Assembly (NCBI GenBank): GCA_035275345.1 | Contig: DATEMY010000358.1 | Span: forward strand, 8,314-72,313 | Length of the DNA: 64,000 nucleotides | Source: Blastocatellia bacterium | GTDB taxonomy: Bacteria; Acidobacteriota; Blastocatellia; RBC074 | Reading direction: 5' to 3' | Shown here: in pieces, positions 51,889-60,768 of the stretch | Numbering within the stretch: position 1 is the first letter of the stretch | Layout: every line of letters begins with the position of its first letter | The notes under the pieces: model-generated | What the model was told of the DNA's origin: nothing | The model's database searches: none | The model's input: only the letters and a program-made list of their open reading frames with translations | Program-made: the position numbers and the translations under genes

Positions 51889-53236
51889 GATCGCGTAACA
51901 GCTTTTCTATTTCGCCCAATTCAACTCTTACACCCCTGATCTTGACCTGGTTATCCAGCCGACCGATCAACTCGAAATCCCCATTGAGCGTGACTCGACC
52001 GATGTCTCCTGTTCGGTAGATGAGGTCCTGAGGATCGTTTACGTTAAAGGGGTTCCGAATGAACGACTCCCGAGTCAGTTCAGGTTGTCGATAATATCCA
52101 TGGGAGCGATAGGGAGTGCGGATGAAGATTTCACCGACGACCCCTGGTGGACAGACCTCCATCTTTTCATCGAGCACCAACGCCTTGGCCCCTCTGATCG
52201 GCTTTCCCACCGGGATCAGACGGCGTTCCTGATCTGCAGGTTGGATAAAATAACAGAACTTGGCAAGCGTAGTTTCTGTAGGCCCATAAAGATTGACCAG
52301 TTGGATACGGTCGCCAAAAACGCTATACCATTTCTTCAGATCTGCAGGAAAAATCGGTTCTCCCGCCAGGAGGATGTACTTTAACGATTGGAAAGAATCA
52401 GGGCTCAGGGGCTCATTCAATATTGACCTGAACAGGCTGGGGGTGCAATGCATCAGGTTGATCTGGGCCGAATCAATCCATCTGACCAATTTCTCCGAGT
52501 CGAGCGCCGTCTCCCGATCCGGCGGGAGAGATAGTGTGGCTCCCGCGCATAAAGGTAGAAAGATATCTCTGAGAAACGGGTCAAAGGAGGGCGGAGTGAG
52601 CTGACTTACCCGGAAGTTTTCGTTTACTCCACATGTCTCGATCTCCCAATCTATGAAATGTAATAGACCGCGGCGGCTCCCGGCGATTCCCTTTGGTTTA
52701 CCGGTAGAGCCGGAAGTAAAGTAGATATAGCCGAGGTCCTTCGGGTTGTCGTTTGATACCTTCAACTCTTCCCCGGAAAAACTGGCGCAATGAGGAATCT
52801 TTCTCACGTGAACCGCCTGACCGGCCTTAATCACAATGATGGAGCAATCCGAACGGTTGTTTGCCGCGATCTGCTCGGCCGCTTCCTCGAATCCTTTTTC
52901 CACTATGAATCCTTGCGGCTCCGCTGTCGAGACCATTGCTTTGAGTCGGTTGACCGGGTATTTAGTATCCAGGGGCGCGAAAACGCAATTTGCCTTCAGT
53001 ACTCCGATGATGGATGCCACCAATTCAGCCGTATCCTCTATCAGTAAAGCCACGACGGAGCCATTAGCGACCCCGGCCGACGTCAACAGATCTCGCACCT
53101 TATTCGACCGCTGTTCCAACTCGTCATAAGAAAGTATGTGATCTTGCCATACTATTGCGTCTTTAGATCCGCGCTTTTTACCGCGCTCAATCAGTAAGTC
53201 AACGATTTCGCTGTTAATCGTTTGAGTAAGCTCCAT
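51794..53236 (-). CDS. NRPS adenylation domain, stand-alone and truncated after core A8 (lacks A9/A10 and any carrier domain)
   Basis: Cores A1 LSYDEL, A3 YFTSGSTGKPKGI, A4 FDPF, A5 NLYGPTETT, A7 YRTGDIGR, A8 GRLDNQVKIRGVRVELGEIE. Only about 35 aa follow A8. ATG at 53236 after AAGGAG. Confidence 0.7.
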   Translation of the reverse strand: MELTQTINSEIVDLLIERGKKRGSKDAIVWQDHILSYDELEQRSNKVRDLLTSAGVANGSVVALLIEDTAELVASIIGVLKANCVFAPLDTKYPVNRLKAMVSTAEPQGFIVEKGFEEAAEQIAANNRSDCSIIVIKAGQAVHVRKIPHCASFSGEELKVSNDNPKDLGYIYFTSGSTGKPKGIAGSRRGLLHFIDWEIETCGVNENFRVSQLTPPSFDPFLRDIFLPLCAGATLSLPPDRETALDSEKLVRWIDSAQINLMHCTPSLFRSILNEPLSPDSFQSLKYILLAGEPIFPADLKKWYSVFGDRIQLVNLYGPTETTLAKFCYFIQPADQERRLIPVGKPIRGAKALVLDEKMEVCPPGVVGEIFIRTPYRSHGYYRQPELTRESFIRNPFNVNDPQDLIYRTGDIGRVTLNGDFELIGRLDNQVKIRGVRVELGEIEKLLRDHEDISEMAAKWGADIAARLLDQPVKGQPWRS

Positions 53237-53746
53237 TGGCGCGCTCCTTTTTGAATGGGTATAGGATGAAGAAGTAATGTGGAAGAGATGACAAGCTTCG
53301 CTGGAGTGATTGCTGCTGATGCCCTTGAACATGGTCCGGGGGCTGACCAAACCCGGAAACGTCAAAACCTGATTAAGCCCGGTGAGATCGACTTCGCGCG
53401 TCGCCCCAGGATAACAGAGCGCCTATGAGATAATTGATTAGCAGCTCTCATTGCCATTATCCATGCGGCTCAGTTATTCCCAAACACAGACAGGCTACCG
53501 CTATTGCGTTTGGAATCTTCCTCCGCCCTCGGCTTCCGAGTAGGCTACCGCCATCGCAATTCTGCCCACCCTCCCAGACTTTTCCGACGGTGATACCTAA
53601 CGAGCGCCGATTACCAAGGGAATGAGCGCGCAGGGCGCAGAACATTTTTCTCTCTGATCGACTTCCTTAACTGACAAAACTATGAACGCGCTTACGCCAA
53701 GTCTTTTTATCTTTCCGGCTCCTGCTTCTGAAACAACACTCAAGGG

Positions 53747-56368
53747 TTATGCGGCTTTTGCTAGGCATGCGCCTTGCGTTGCCTTACGACCGGGATGAAC
53801 CAACGCCGGTCTGAACCCATGGCGATCAGCCAGCCAACCCATCTCCCTGACCTTATCAATGTCTAGATCAATTCCGAGGCTGGTATCTTCAAACCTATGC
53901 TCCAAAGCCAGGATCATAGTTTCGGCCATGCAGGCATAGGCAAGCCCGGTGTCTATATCCAGGGTGAAACTGATCTTAGAGTCGCCCGGCAAACTCACCA
54001 CGCCGCCATCGATCACAAAGATATCAGGACGGCTCATTCTGACGGCTCGACTTACATTCGGCGGGCGTGAGATATCACATACAACCGCCCCCTCTTTGAT
54101 GTATTCAGGCGCCGCCAAATCACCTGCTACATTTGTCGAAGTAATCACTACGTCAGCTTCTAGGAGCGACTGACGCATGTCGCGAGTGTCGGTAATAACA
54201 CACAAGCGGCGCCCCATTTCTGTGGCGAGTCCAATCCAATCTATCCTGCCTCTGTCCTGACGTCCGGCAAGCAGGAGGTCGCAGATCTCACCGGCGAGTG
54301 TTCCTTTAAGAAAGCTTTTGCCTTGCAAACCCAGTTCCTGGATCGAGCGTAAAATTTCCACGCTTACTTGTACCAGGCGGCGCTTACTCTCCGCCGGACG
54401 AGCCGGATTTCCGATTAAAAACAGTCTCTCTACATGCTGCGAGAGCAGAATGGAGATGGCGCGCCCTATCGAACCTGTGGCGCCCACAACTGCCGTACAG
54501 CTTGTAGACAAACGGCGCCCAGTCATCTCAAGCGCCGCTTCGATGGATTGCTTGGCGGCGACGGCAGTATAGGAGTTGCCAGTGGTCAGCGGCGGCAATC
54601 CATTGTCTCCGAGGTAAAGACCACCACGCGTTACTATCGACGTATACGCGCCCAATCCGATTATTTTCGCTCCCCTTTCCTGAGCTATCCGCACCGCCGT
54701 CCTTATTTCTGATACGGCCTCGTAATAGGGCATCTGCGTCAGCTCTTCCGCGGTGCGCGGCACGATAATGAACTCGCCGTAAGCAGTCTGACCAGTCTTT
54801 GAGACGACGTGCGCATCGCCGATTACGAATGGGTCAAAATTCTCGGCGACACATGAGGCCAGTCGCGCAACCTGCCGATCTGAAAGTATGCTAAGGCTTG
54901 TGTCGATGTTCGCATAGTCACGCACTGTCAATGGATGCAGAAGAAAGGCAAAGCGATTGACTCTATCGGTCACGGGGAATTGGTAGACGTTCGAACGCCC
55001 CTGGGGCTTCAACTCCTTGACGTCAACATCTATTCCCGTAAGATGGGTGGTGAAATACGCCGTGTTGCGTAACTCCAATGCATCCAGGGTATCTTCAAAA
55101 GCTTCCAGGAAAAGCTCACACTCCTTCCAGGTAGCGATCAGCGGAGGTTCGATGCGGAGCACCCCGCCATCGTTCAGGGTATATCCTAGGCGTACGCCGC
55201 TTACCGCCAGCATACGACTCACAACGAGCGAAGCTAAGGCTTCATTTTCTCCAAGGCAGCCCAGCAGACCGGAACCCCAGTTGAAGCGGTTGATGCCTAA
55301 ACGAATTCCCAGCATGTAGCCGCGTCCGCTAATTACGTTGACAATGTTCGGATGTTTCTCCTTAAGATACTGCAATTCCTGTTTCAAGCGAGCGCCGTTA
55401 TCCGCAACCTGCCTGATTAACTGGCGGTCGTTTTCCTCCAGGAGATCCAGCGTGGCCAATCCGATTCTGCACGCGAGAGTATTTCCGGCGAAAGTAGAAG
55501 TGTGCTTCAGCGCGAAATCATCATTGTAAACATCTTCCTTACATAAGCAGGCGCCGATCGGCGCCAGCCCGCCGCCGAGGGCTTTAGCAATGGTAATAAC
55601 ATCCGGAATAACCCCCTCAGTATCGCAGGCAAACATCGCACCGGTGCGCCCCAAACCTGTTTGGATTTCATCGACGATCATCTTGGTCCCGCTTTTCCTA
55701 CAGATTTCTCCGGATTGCGCGAGATACCCTGGAGGCGCCTCGATGATCCCCCCTTCTCCTTGAATCGGTTCGACGATGAAGGCCGAATAAAACCGGCTGG
55801 CTAACGCGCGTTCAAGCGCCCCAAGATCGCCGAAAGGAACATAATCAAACCCATTGACCGGCGCCCCGAAACCTTCCTGATACTTTCTCTTATCGGTTGC
55901 GGACAGGGCGCCCAGGGTTTTCCCATGGAAACCGTTATTGGTGGCCAGAACACCGATCCTGCCTGTGCTGGACCGGCACAGCTTAAGAGCGGCTTCGACC
56001 GTTTCAGCCCCACTGTTGGCAAAGGTCACGTACTTCATACCCGGTGGCGCCACATTGACCAGCCGCTTTGCTAATTCACCGGCGGCTTCAAGGCAGGAGG
56101 GTTGAACTAAGCTCGGCTCAAGACGTGTTCGCACCTGCTCAACGGCTTGCCATATATATGGATTGTTGAACCCGAATGGGAGGGCGCCATATTGAGCCAG
56201 AAAGTCCAGATAACGCCTTCCCGACTGATCGTAAAGGTAACAACCTTCCCCCCGAACGAACACCTTATCCATCTCAAATTGCGACATCAACCGCCCAAGG
56301 CGCGGATTCATATGGTTGAAGAACGGATGATCCCGTCTTAAAGACTTTTCTTGTTCGTCTTTCATCAT
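53747..56368 (-). CDS. Bifunctional fusion: class-III (omega) aminotransferase domain + acyl-ACP reductase (AAR)-like NAD(P)H-dependent reductase domain
   Basis: N-terminus has PLP motifs DEIQTGLGRTG and ITIAKALGGG. C-terminal 340 aa (GAYTSIVTRGG...TTGNSYTAVAAK...AVVGATGSIGRAISILL...DKVREMGWLADRHGFRPALV) parallels cyanobacterial acyl-ACP reductase. Start ATGATG at 56368 after AAAGGAG. Confidence 0.75.
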   Translation of the reverse strand: MMKDEQEKSLRRDHPFFNHMNPRLGRLMSQFEMDKVFVRGEGCYLYDQSGRRYLDFLAQYGALPFGFNNPYIWQAVEQVRTRLEPSLVQPSCLEAAGELAKRLVNVAPPGMKYVTFANSGAETVEAALKLCRSSTGRIGVLATNNGFHGKTLGALSATDKRKYQEGFGAPVNGFDYVPFGDLGALERALASRFYSAFIVEPIQGEGGIIEAPPGYLAQSGEICRKSGTKMIVDEIQTGLGRTGAMFACDTEGVIPDVITIAKALGGGLAPIGACLCKEDVYNDDFALKHTSTFAGNTLACRIGLATLDLLEENDRQLIRQVADNGARLKQELQYLKEKHPNIVNVISGRGYMLGIRLGINRFNWGSGLLGCLGENEALASLVVSRMLAVSGVRLGYTLNDGGVLRIEPPLIATWKECELFLEAFEDTLDALELRNTAYFTTHLTGIDVDVKELKPQGRSNVYQFPVTDRVNRFAFLLHPLTVRDYANIDTSLSILSDRQVARLASCVAENFDPFVIGDAHVVSKTGQTAYGEFIIVPRTAEELTQMPYYEAVSEIRTAVRIAQERGAKIIGLGAYTSIVTRGGLYLGDNGLPPLTTGNSYTAVAAKQSIEAALEMTGRRLSTSCTAVVGATGSIGRAISILLSQHVERLFLIGNPARPAESKRRLVQVSVEILRSIQELGLQGKSFLKGTLAGEICDLLLAGRQDRGRIDWIGLATEMGRRLCVITDTRDMRQSLLEADVVITSTNVAGDLAAPEYIKEGAVVCDISRPPNVSRAVRMSRPDIFVIDGGVVSLPGDSKISFTLDIDTGLAYACMAETMILALEHRFEDTSLGIDLDIDKVREMGWLADRHGFRPALVHPGRKATQGACLAKAA

Positions 56369-58424
56369 TGTCGCTCCTTTCATTTTTCGTGGGGTAAACA
56401 AGAAGGAATGACGCTAATTGGGATATGCTTGGATCGCCTCTGAAAAGGTTGTCAATGGGAACCTCTATCCCAAGCGATTCTTCAATACTGCTTACAAGCT
56501 CGGTTGCGGCAAGAGAGTCCAGACCATAGCGGGCAATAGGCTGATCCGTGTCTATTTTATGGGGGCTGATATTAAACATTGAGGAACACTTAAGCGACAG
56601 CCAAGCTTTCAATGACTCCAAGGTCCGCGGCGCGTCTTCGGGCTGGAGAGTTTGCCCGCTCGCCGACTGGCTGGCTGTGAACTGGCGTCGATAAACCGAC
56701 TCCAGGCTTTCGTTCAGAAACGCGGAGCGGACTGCGCTGCGCTGAATCTTACCGCTGGATGTTTTCAGTAAGCTTCCAGGTCTAATCAATACGATGGTGG
56801 AAATATCTATTTCGTGTTCTACCAGGATCGCCTGGCGGACGCTATCCACCACTTCATTCATATCGACACTGTTTCGACGCTCACGATTCAATTCGGCGAC
56901 TAAGATCAATCGCTCCGTCTCATCACCAGCTACGGCGAAAGCCGCCGAACATCCCGGACGCAACGCCGGGTGACTCGCTTCCGCCGTAATCTCTATATCC
57001 TGCGGGTAATGGTTGCGTCCGCGAATGACGATCAGGTCCTTAATGCGCCCGGTCACATATAAGTCGCCATGAAAGAGGACTCCAAGGTCTCCCGTGCGTA
57101 GGTATGGACCTTCATTGGTATCGGTGAGCCGCGCGCGGAAAGTCGCATCGGTCAACTCCGGTCTTCCCCAATATCCTTGAGCCACGGCGGCGCTCGATAC
57201 CCAGATTTCTCCCACTTGACATTCATCACATTTAGTGAGGGTCTGTGGATTAACGGTAATAATTCGTTCTCCGAGCCATGTCCGTCCGCTGCTTACAAGC
57301 GTTACTCCGTCCTGAAGACGACTGGACACAATCGCTCTGTGATCTTCCAGCCCGGCTTTATCGAAAGTAGTGACGGCCGGAGCTTTTGAACCTACGCCTC
57401 CACTCACAAATAAGGTAGCTTCGGCGAGTCCATAGCATGGATATAACGCCTCCGGGCGAAACCCGTATGGTGAAAAGGCCTCGGCAAATCGTCTCAGCGT
57501 CTCATCTCGAACAGGTTCCGAACCGTTGAATGCGGTTCTCCAGCAACTCAGGTCCAACCCCTCGAGGTCTTCCTGACGCGCTTTACGCACACAGAGATCG
57601 TATGCGAAGTTTGGCCCCCCGCTGAAAGTGGCCCTGTATTTCGATATGGCCTTCAACCAACATGCCGGTTTCTGTAGGAACTCCGTAGGCGCCATCAGGT
57701 AACACGGAGCGCCATTGTACATTCCCGCAAGAATGTTCCCGATTAGGCCCATGTCGTGATACATCGGTAACCATGACACGATGACAGTGTCGCCATCATG
57801 TCGGAGGCCTTCTCTCATCATCGCCTGGTTATATAGGAGGTTACCGTGACTCACCAGCACGCCTTTCGGCGTCGAAGTGGAACCGGATGTGTATTGCAGA
57901 AATGCGATGGTCTCCTCATTAACTCTGGTTTCCTTCCAGAGTTCCGCCTGCCCCAGGTCGACGTCGTCTGTTATAACCCACCGTATGGATCTTAACTTGG
58001 GGATCTGATCCAACTGGTTTTGAAGGCGTGAGAATATAGCCGAGGTAGTCAATGCGACTACCGGGTTTGAATCATCAATAATAGCTAGTAAACGTCCCAG
58101 ATTTTGGTTCAATCGTGGCGGATTAGCGGGAACGGCCACAGCCCTTCCATAAAGACAGGCGTAAAAAGCGACGATATAATCCAACCCTGGCGGGTAGAGA
58201 AGCAGGACCCGTTCATCCTGCGCCTTCAGCTCCTGAAGATGGGCGGCGACGGCGCGGGCTTTATGCTGTAATTGAGCGAAGGTCAACCGGTCCGCCTCTT
58301 CACAATCAGATAGAAAAACATAGCTTGGCTGGTCCGGTTGTATTTTGGCCATTGCGTTCATTACATCAATGAACGAAGAGGCGCGACTCAAATCAAATCC
58401 ATATTGTGATATTTGACTATTCAT
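56274..58424 (-). CDS. Fatty acyl-AMP ligase (FAAL) fused to a C-terminal acyl carrier protein domain
   Basis: AMP-binding cores (YTSGSTSTPKGV, YRTGDLG, GRIKDLIVIRGRNHYPQDIE). C-terminal PP-binding segment LDSLAATELVSSIEESLGIEVPIDNLF with Ser in DSL. 8-nt overlap (ATGAATAG) with the upstream receiver gene. Confidence 0.8.
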   Translation of the reverse strand: MNSQISQYGFDLSRASSFIDVMNAMAKIQPDQPSYVFLSDCEEADRLTFAQLQHKARAVAAHLQELKAQDERVLLLYPPGLDYIVAFYACLYGRAVAVPANPPRLNQNLGRLLAIIDDSNPVVALTTSAIFSRLQNQLDQIPKLRSIRWVITDDVDLGQAELWKETRVNEETIAFLQYTSGSTSTPKGVLVSHGNLLYNQAMMREGLRHDGDTVIVSWLPMYHDMGLIGNILAGMYNGAPCYLMAPTEFLQKPACWLKAISKYRATFSGGPNFAYDLCVRKARQEDLEGLDLSCWRTAFNGSEPVRDETLRRFAEAFSPYGFRPEALYPCYGLAEATLFVSGGVGSKAPAVTTFDKAGLEDHRAIVSSRLQDGVTLVSSGRTWLGERIITVNPQTLTKCDECQVGEIWVSSAAVAQGYWGRPELTDATFRARLTDTNEGPYLRTGDLGVLFHGDLYVTGRIKDLIVIRGRNHYPQDIEITAEASHPALRPGCSAAFAVAGDETERLILVAELNRERRNSVDMNEVVDSVRQAILVEHEIDISTIVLIRPGSLLKTSSGKIQRSAVRSAFLNESLESVYRRQFTASQSASGQTLQPEDAPRTLESLKAWLSLKCSSMFNISPHKIDTDQPIARYGLDSLAATELVSSIEESLGIEVPIDNLFRGDPSISQLASFLLVYPTKNERSDNDERRTRKVFKTGSSVLQPYESAPWAVDVAI

Positions 58425-58806
58425 GGCTCACCTTTCCGACAAGCTCAAATACAATTCGAGCGACTTCCGACAGAGGCTTCGGCTTGTGCAGGAACGCGTG
58501 CGCGCCGCAATCTCGGGCGGCCGACTCTACATCGCTGGAACCGTAAGCCGTTAAGACAATAACTCGCATTTCAGGGAATCGTTCCCGAGCCATACTTATT
58601 ACCTCGAACCCGTCCAGGCTATGAGTTCCACTTAAGTCCAAATCTACAATCACAGCTGAATAGCAAGATGTGTTAAGGAGACTCGCAGCTTCGTCTACGG
58701 CATGGGCGCAATCAACTTGATAGTCATACAGCTTGAAGTACTCGCGCATTGCGAAGCAGAGCGTCGCTTTATCGTCAACCATCAGTATTTTTCTCTCGCC
58801 GTACAT
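58417..58806 (-). CDS. Stand-alone response-regulator receiver domain (CheY-like)
   Basis: 129 aa; conserved DD...D...K receiver pattern (MVDDK, VIVDLDL, LTAYG, HAFLHKP). Confidence 0.75.
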   Translation of the reverse strand: MYGERKILMVDDKATLCFAMREYFKLYDYQVDCAHAVDEAASLLNTSCYSAVIVDLDLSGTHSLDGFEVISMARERFPEMRVIVLTAYGSSDVESAARDCGAHAFLHKPKPLSEVARIVFELVGKVSHE

Positions 58807-58817
58807 GCGCTCCTTTT

Positions 58818-58833
58818 AGCAAATCGCGCTCCA
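58818..58833 (-). promoter_or_regulatory. Candidate sigma-54 promoter (-24/-12): TGGAGCGCGATTTGCT, GG-N10-GC spacing correct
   Basis: Minus-strand sequence CGCCTCGTGGAGCGCGATTTGCTAAAAGGAGCGCATG. Matches 10 of 12 defined positions of TGGCACG-N4-TTGCW. Sits only about 11 nt upstream of the receiver ATG, so a leaderless transcript would be implied. Confidence 0.25.
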
Positions 58834-58939
58834 CGAGGCGTATGATCTCGTCCCTCTACTAAACCTCGAAAATTGACGATATTGATTTTAGAGTGAGAGT
58901 GGATCAGGAGGCGGGTTGTCTGAGATTCAGAATAGGATT

Positions 58940-60295
58940 CTAGACTTTGGACGTGGTTATCTGGAACTTCTTGATTTTCTGGTAAAGCGAACTTCGGGGG
59001 ATACCAAGGCGCTTCGCCGCGCGTTCGACCTGGCCATTCTCCTCCGCAAGCACCAGTTCGATGTGTCGACGTTCGAGTTCCAGCAGGGAAAGTTGTGAAT
59101 CATAGACCGGCGTTTCCCTCTTCGCCGCGTCATCGAAGCGCAGGTCTGTGGCCAGCAGAATGCGCCGCTCGCTGAGCAGCGCTGCGCGTTCGAGCACATT
59201 GCGCAACTCACGTATATTCCCCGGCCAAGCATACGCCAGAAGCGCGCGTTCCGCATCCGGCGATAGTTCCAAGTCGTTACGACCGAGGTCGGCGGCGCAT
59301 TTTGCAAGCAGATGCCGCGCGAGCGCCGGTATGTCCTCGACTCTTTCCCGGAGGGCCGGCGTCATCAGTGGAATTGTGCTGATTCGATAGTAAAGGTCAC
59401 TGCGGAATCTATTTTCCCTCATTAATCGGCTGAGGTCCTGACAGGTAGCGGCGACCAGGCGGACATCGACTTGCCGGTCGCGAACACTTCCCAGCCGACG
59501 GAACTTTTGTTCCTCCAGAACCTTGAGTAGTTTTGGTTGCACTTGCAAATCGACGTCTCCGATCTCGTCAAGGAATACCGTGCCGCGATGGGCCACTTCG
59601 AATAGGCCGAGTTTGCTTGTCGTCGCCCCGGTGAATGCCCCCTTCTCGTGGCCGAACAACTCAGTTTCAAGAAACCCTTGTGACAACCCCGCACAGTTAA
59701 GATCAACAAAAGGTTCTTCGCATCGGGCGCTGTTGTTATGTATCCACTGCGAGAGCACGCCCTTGCCAACGCCCGTTTCGCCGAGAAGCAGGATTGGGCT
59801 CTCCGTCGACAACACCCTTTTTGACTGTTCGGCCAATTGTCTGATGGCGGCGCTAGAGCCGATGAACGGATCGACGGCTTGGCGGGCTTGTTGCGACTTC
59901 CGGGCAATTTGCTTCCGAAGGTTGCGCTGGTTTTCAAGCAAACGCTCGAGAATGACCAGAAGTGTTGAAAGGTCAAGCGGCTTGGTAAGAAATTGCTCGG
60001 CGCCTTCCTTAATCGCCCGCACCGCCAGGTCGATTGACCCGTGGCCGGTCAGAATAATTAGAGGGGCGCCCGGATCTATCGCTTTCAGTCGAGGTAAGAG
60101 ATCGAGCGCAGTGCCGTCCGGCAATAAATAGTCGATGACGGCTGCATCGGGGCGCATAGCCCTAAACATATCTTCCGCTCCCCGACAACAGTTCGTGTCA
60201 TAAGCCTCATACCCGTGCGCCTCAAGAAATTCGCGCATTCCGAATCGGACGCCGGATTCGTCATCTACTATCAAAATCTTACTCTTCGACATCAA
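58940..60295 (-). CDS. Sigma-54-dependent response regulator (NtrC family): receiver + AAA+ sigma-54 activator + Fis-type HTH
   Basis: Receiver (ILIVDDE...D...K). Walker A LLGETGVGKGV. GAFTGA loop (HEKGAFTGATT). Arginine finger region. C-terminal HTH RAAKRLGIPRSSLYQKIKKF. Confidence 0.8.
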   Translation of the reverse strand: MMSKSKILIVDDESGVRFGMREFLEAHGYEAYDTNCCRGAEDMFRAMRPDAAVIDYLLPDGTALDLLPRLKAIDPGAPLIILTGHGSIDLAVRAIKEGAEQFLTKPLDLSTLLVILERLLENQRNLRKQIARKSQQARQAVDPFIGSSAAIRQLAEQSKRVLSTESPILLLGETGVGKGVLSQWIHNNSARCEEPFVDLNCAGLSQGFLETELFGHEKGAFTGATTSKLGLFEVAHRGTVFLDEIGDVDLQVQPKLLKVLEEQKFRRLGSVRDRQVDVRLVAATCQDLSRLMRENRFRSDLYYRISTIPLMTPALRERVEDIPALARHLLAKCAADLGRNDLELSPDAERALLAYAWPGNIRELRNVLERAALLSERRILLATDLRFDDAAKRETPVYDSQLSLLELERRHIELVLAEENGQVERAAKRLGIPRSSLYQKIKKFQITTSKV

Positions 60296-60768
60296 AGCAC
60301 ATCCCCTAAAATTTTATTAGCCGCGCTCGGCCGGGATACTCACGACAATTTCGGCCCCGTCCCCTGAAGGATTTGCCTGCCATGATCTTTCCGCTATGGT
60401 CCTGCGCAATCCGCTGCGCAATAGCGTTATCCACCCTCCTGTAAAAAGGCAGTTTAATTAGAAAGCCGCGGCTTCATGCGCTGATTCTTCCCGACTAGCC
60501 CTTGAGCCTGATTGTAATTTTGCAACCGCAGTTTTGCCAAACCCTTCTGAAAGTTTTAGAAAGGGCGATTGCGCGAGGACAGACTTCACCTGCGAGCGTC
60601 GTCAAGATGGCTTCTGCTTTAGTGATGCGGATTCCGCCGAACAGTCCGGCTACGACGGTAATGAAACAAGGACCGATGTGGTTTTCATAGGAATCGAGCT
60701 AAGGAATTTTCCGCTATTACGTCTGGACGCCAACAATAACCCCGTCCCATAGGTCGCCGAACTCGACT

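Noticed and set aside
58818-58833. Treating the sigma-54-like -24/-12 match as an established promoter
   Set aside because: Only 10 of 12 consensus positions match. It lies about 11 nt from the start codon and overlaps the apparent RBS. It is kept as a low-confidence feature, not a firm call.
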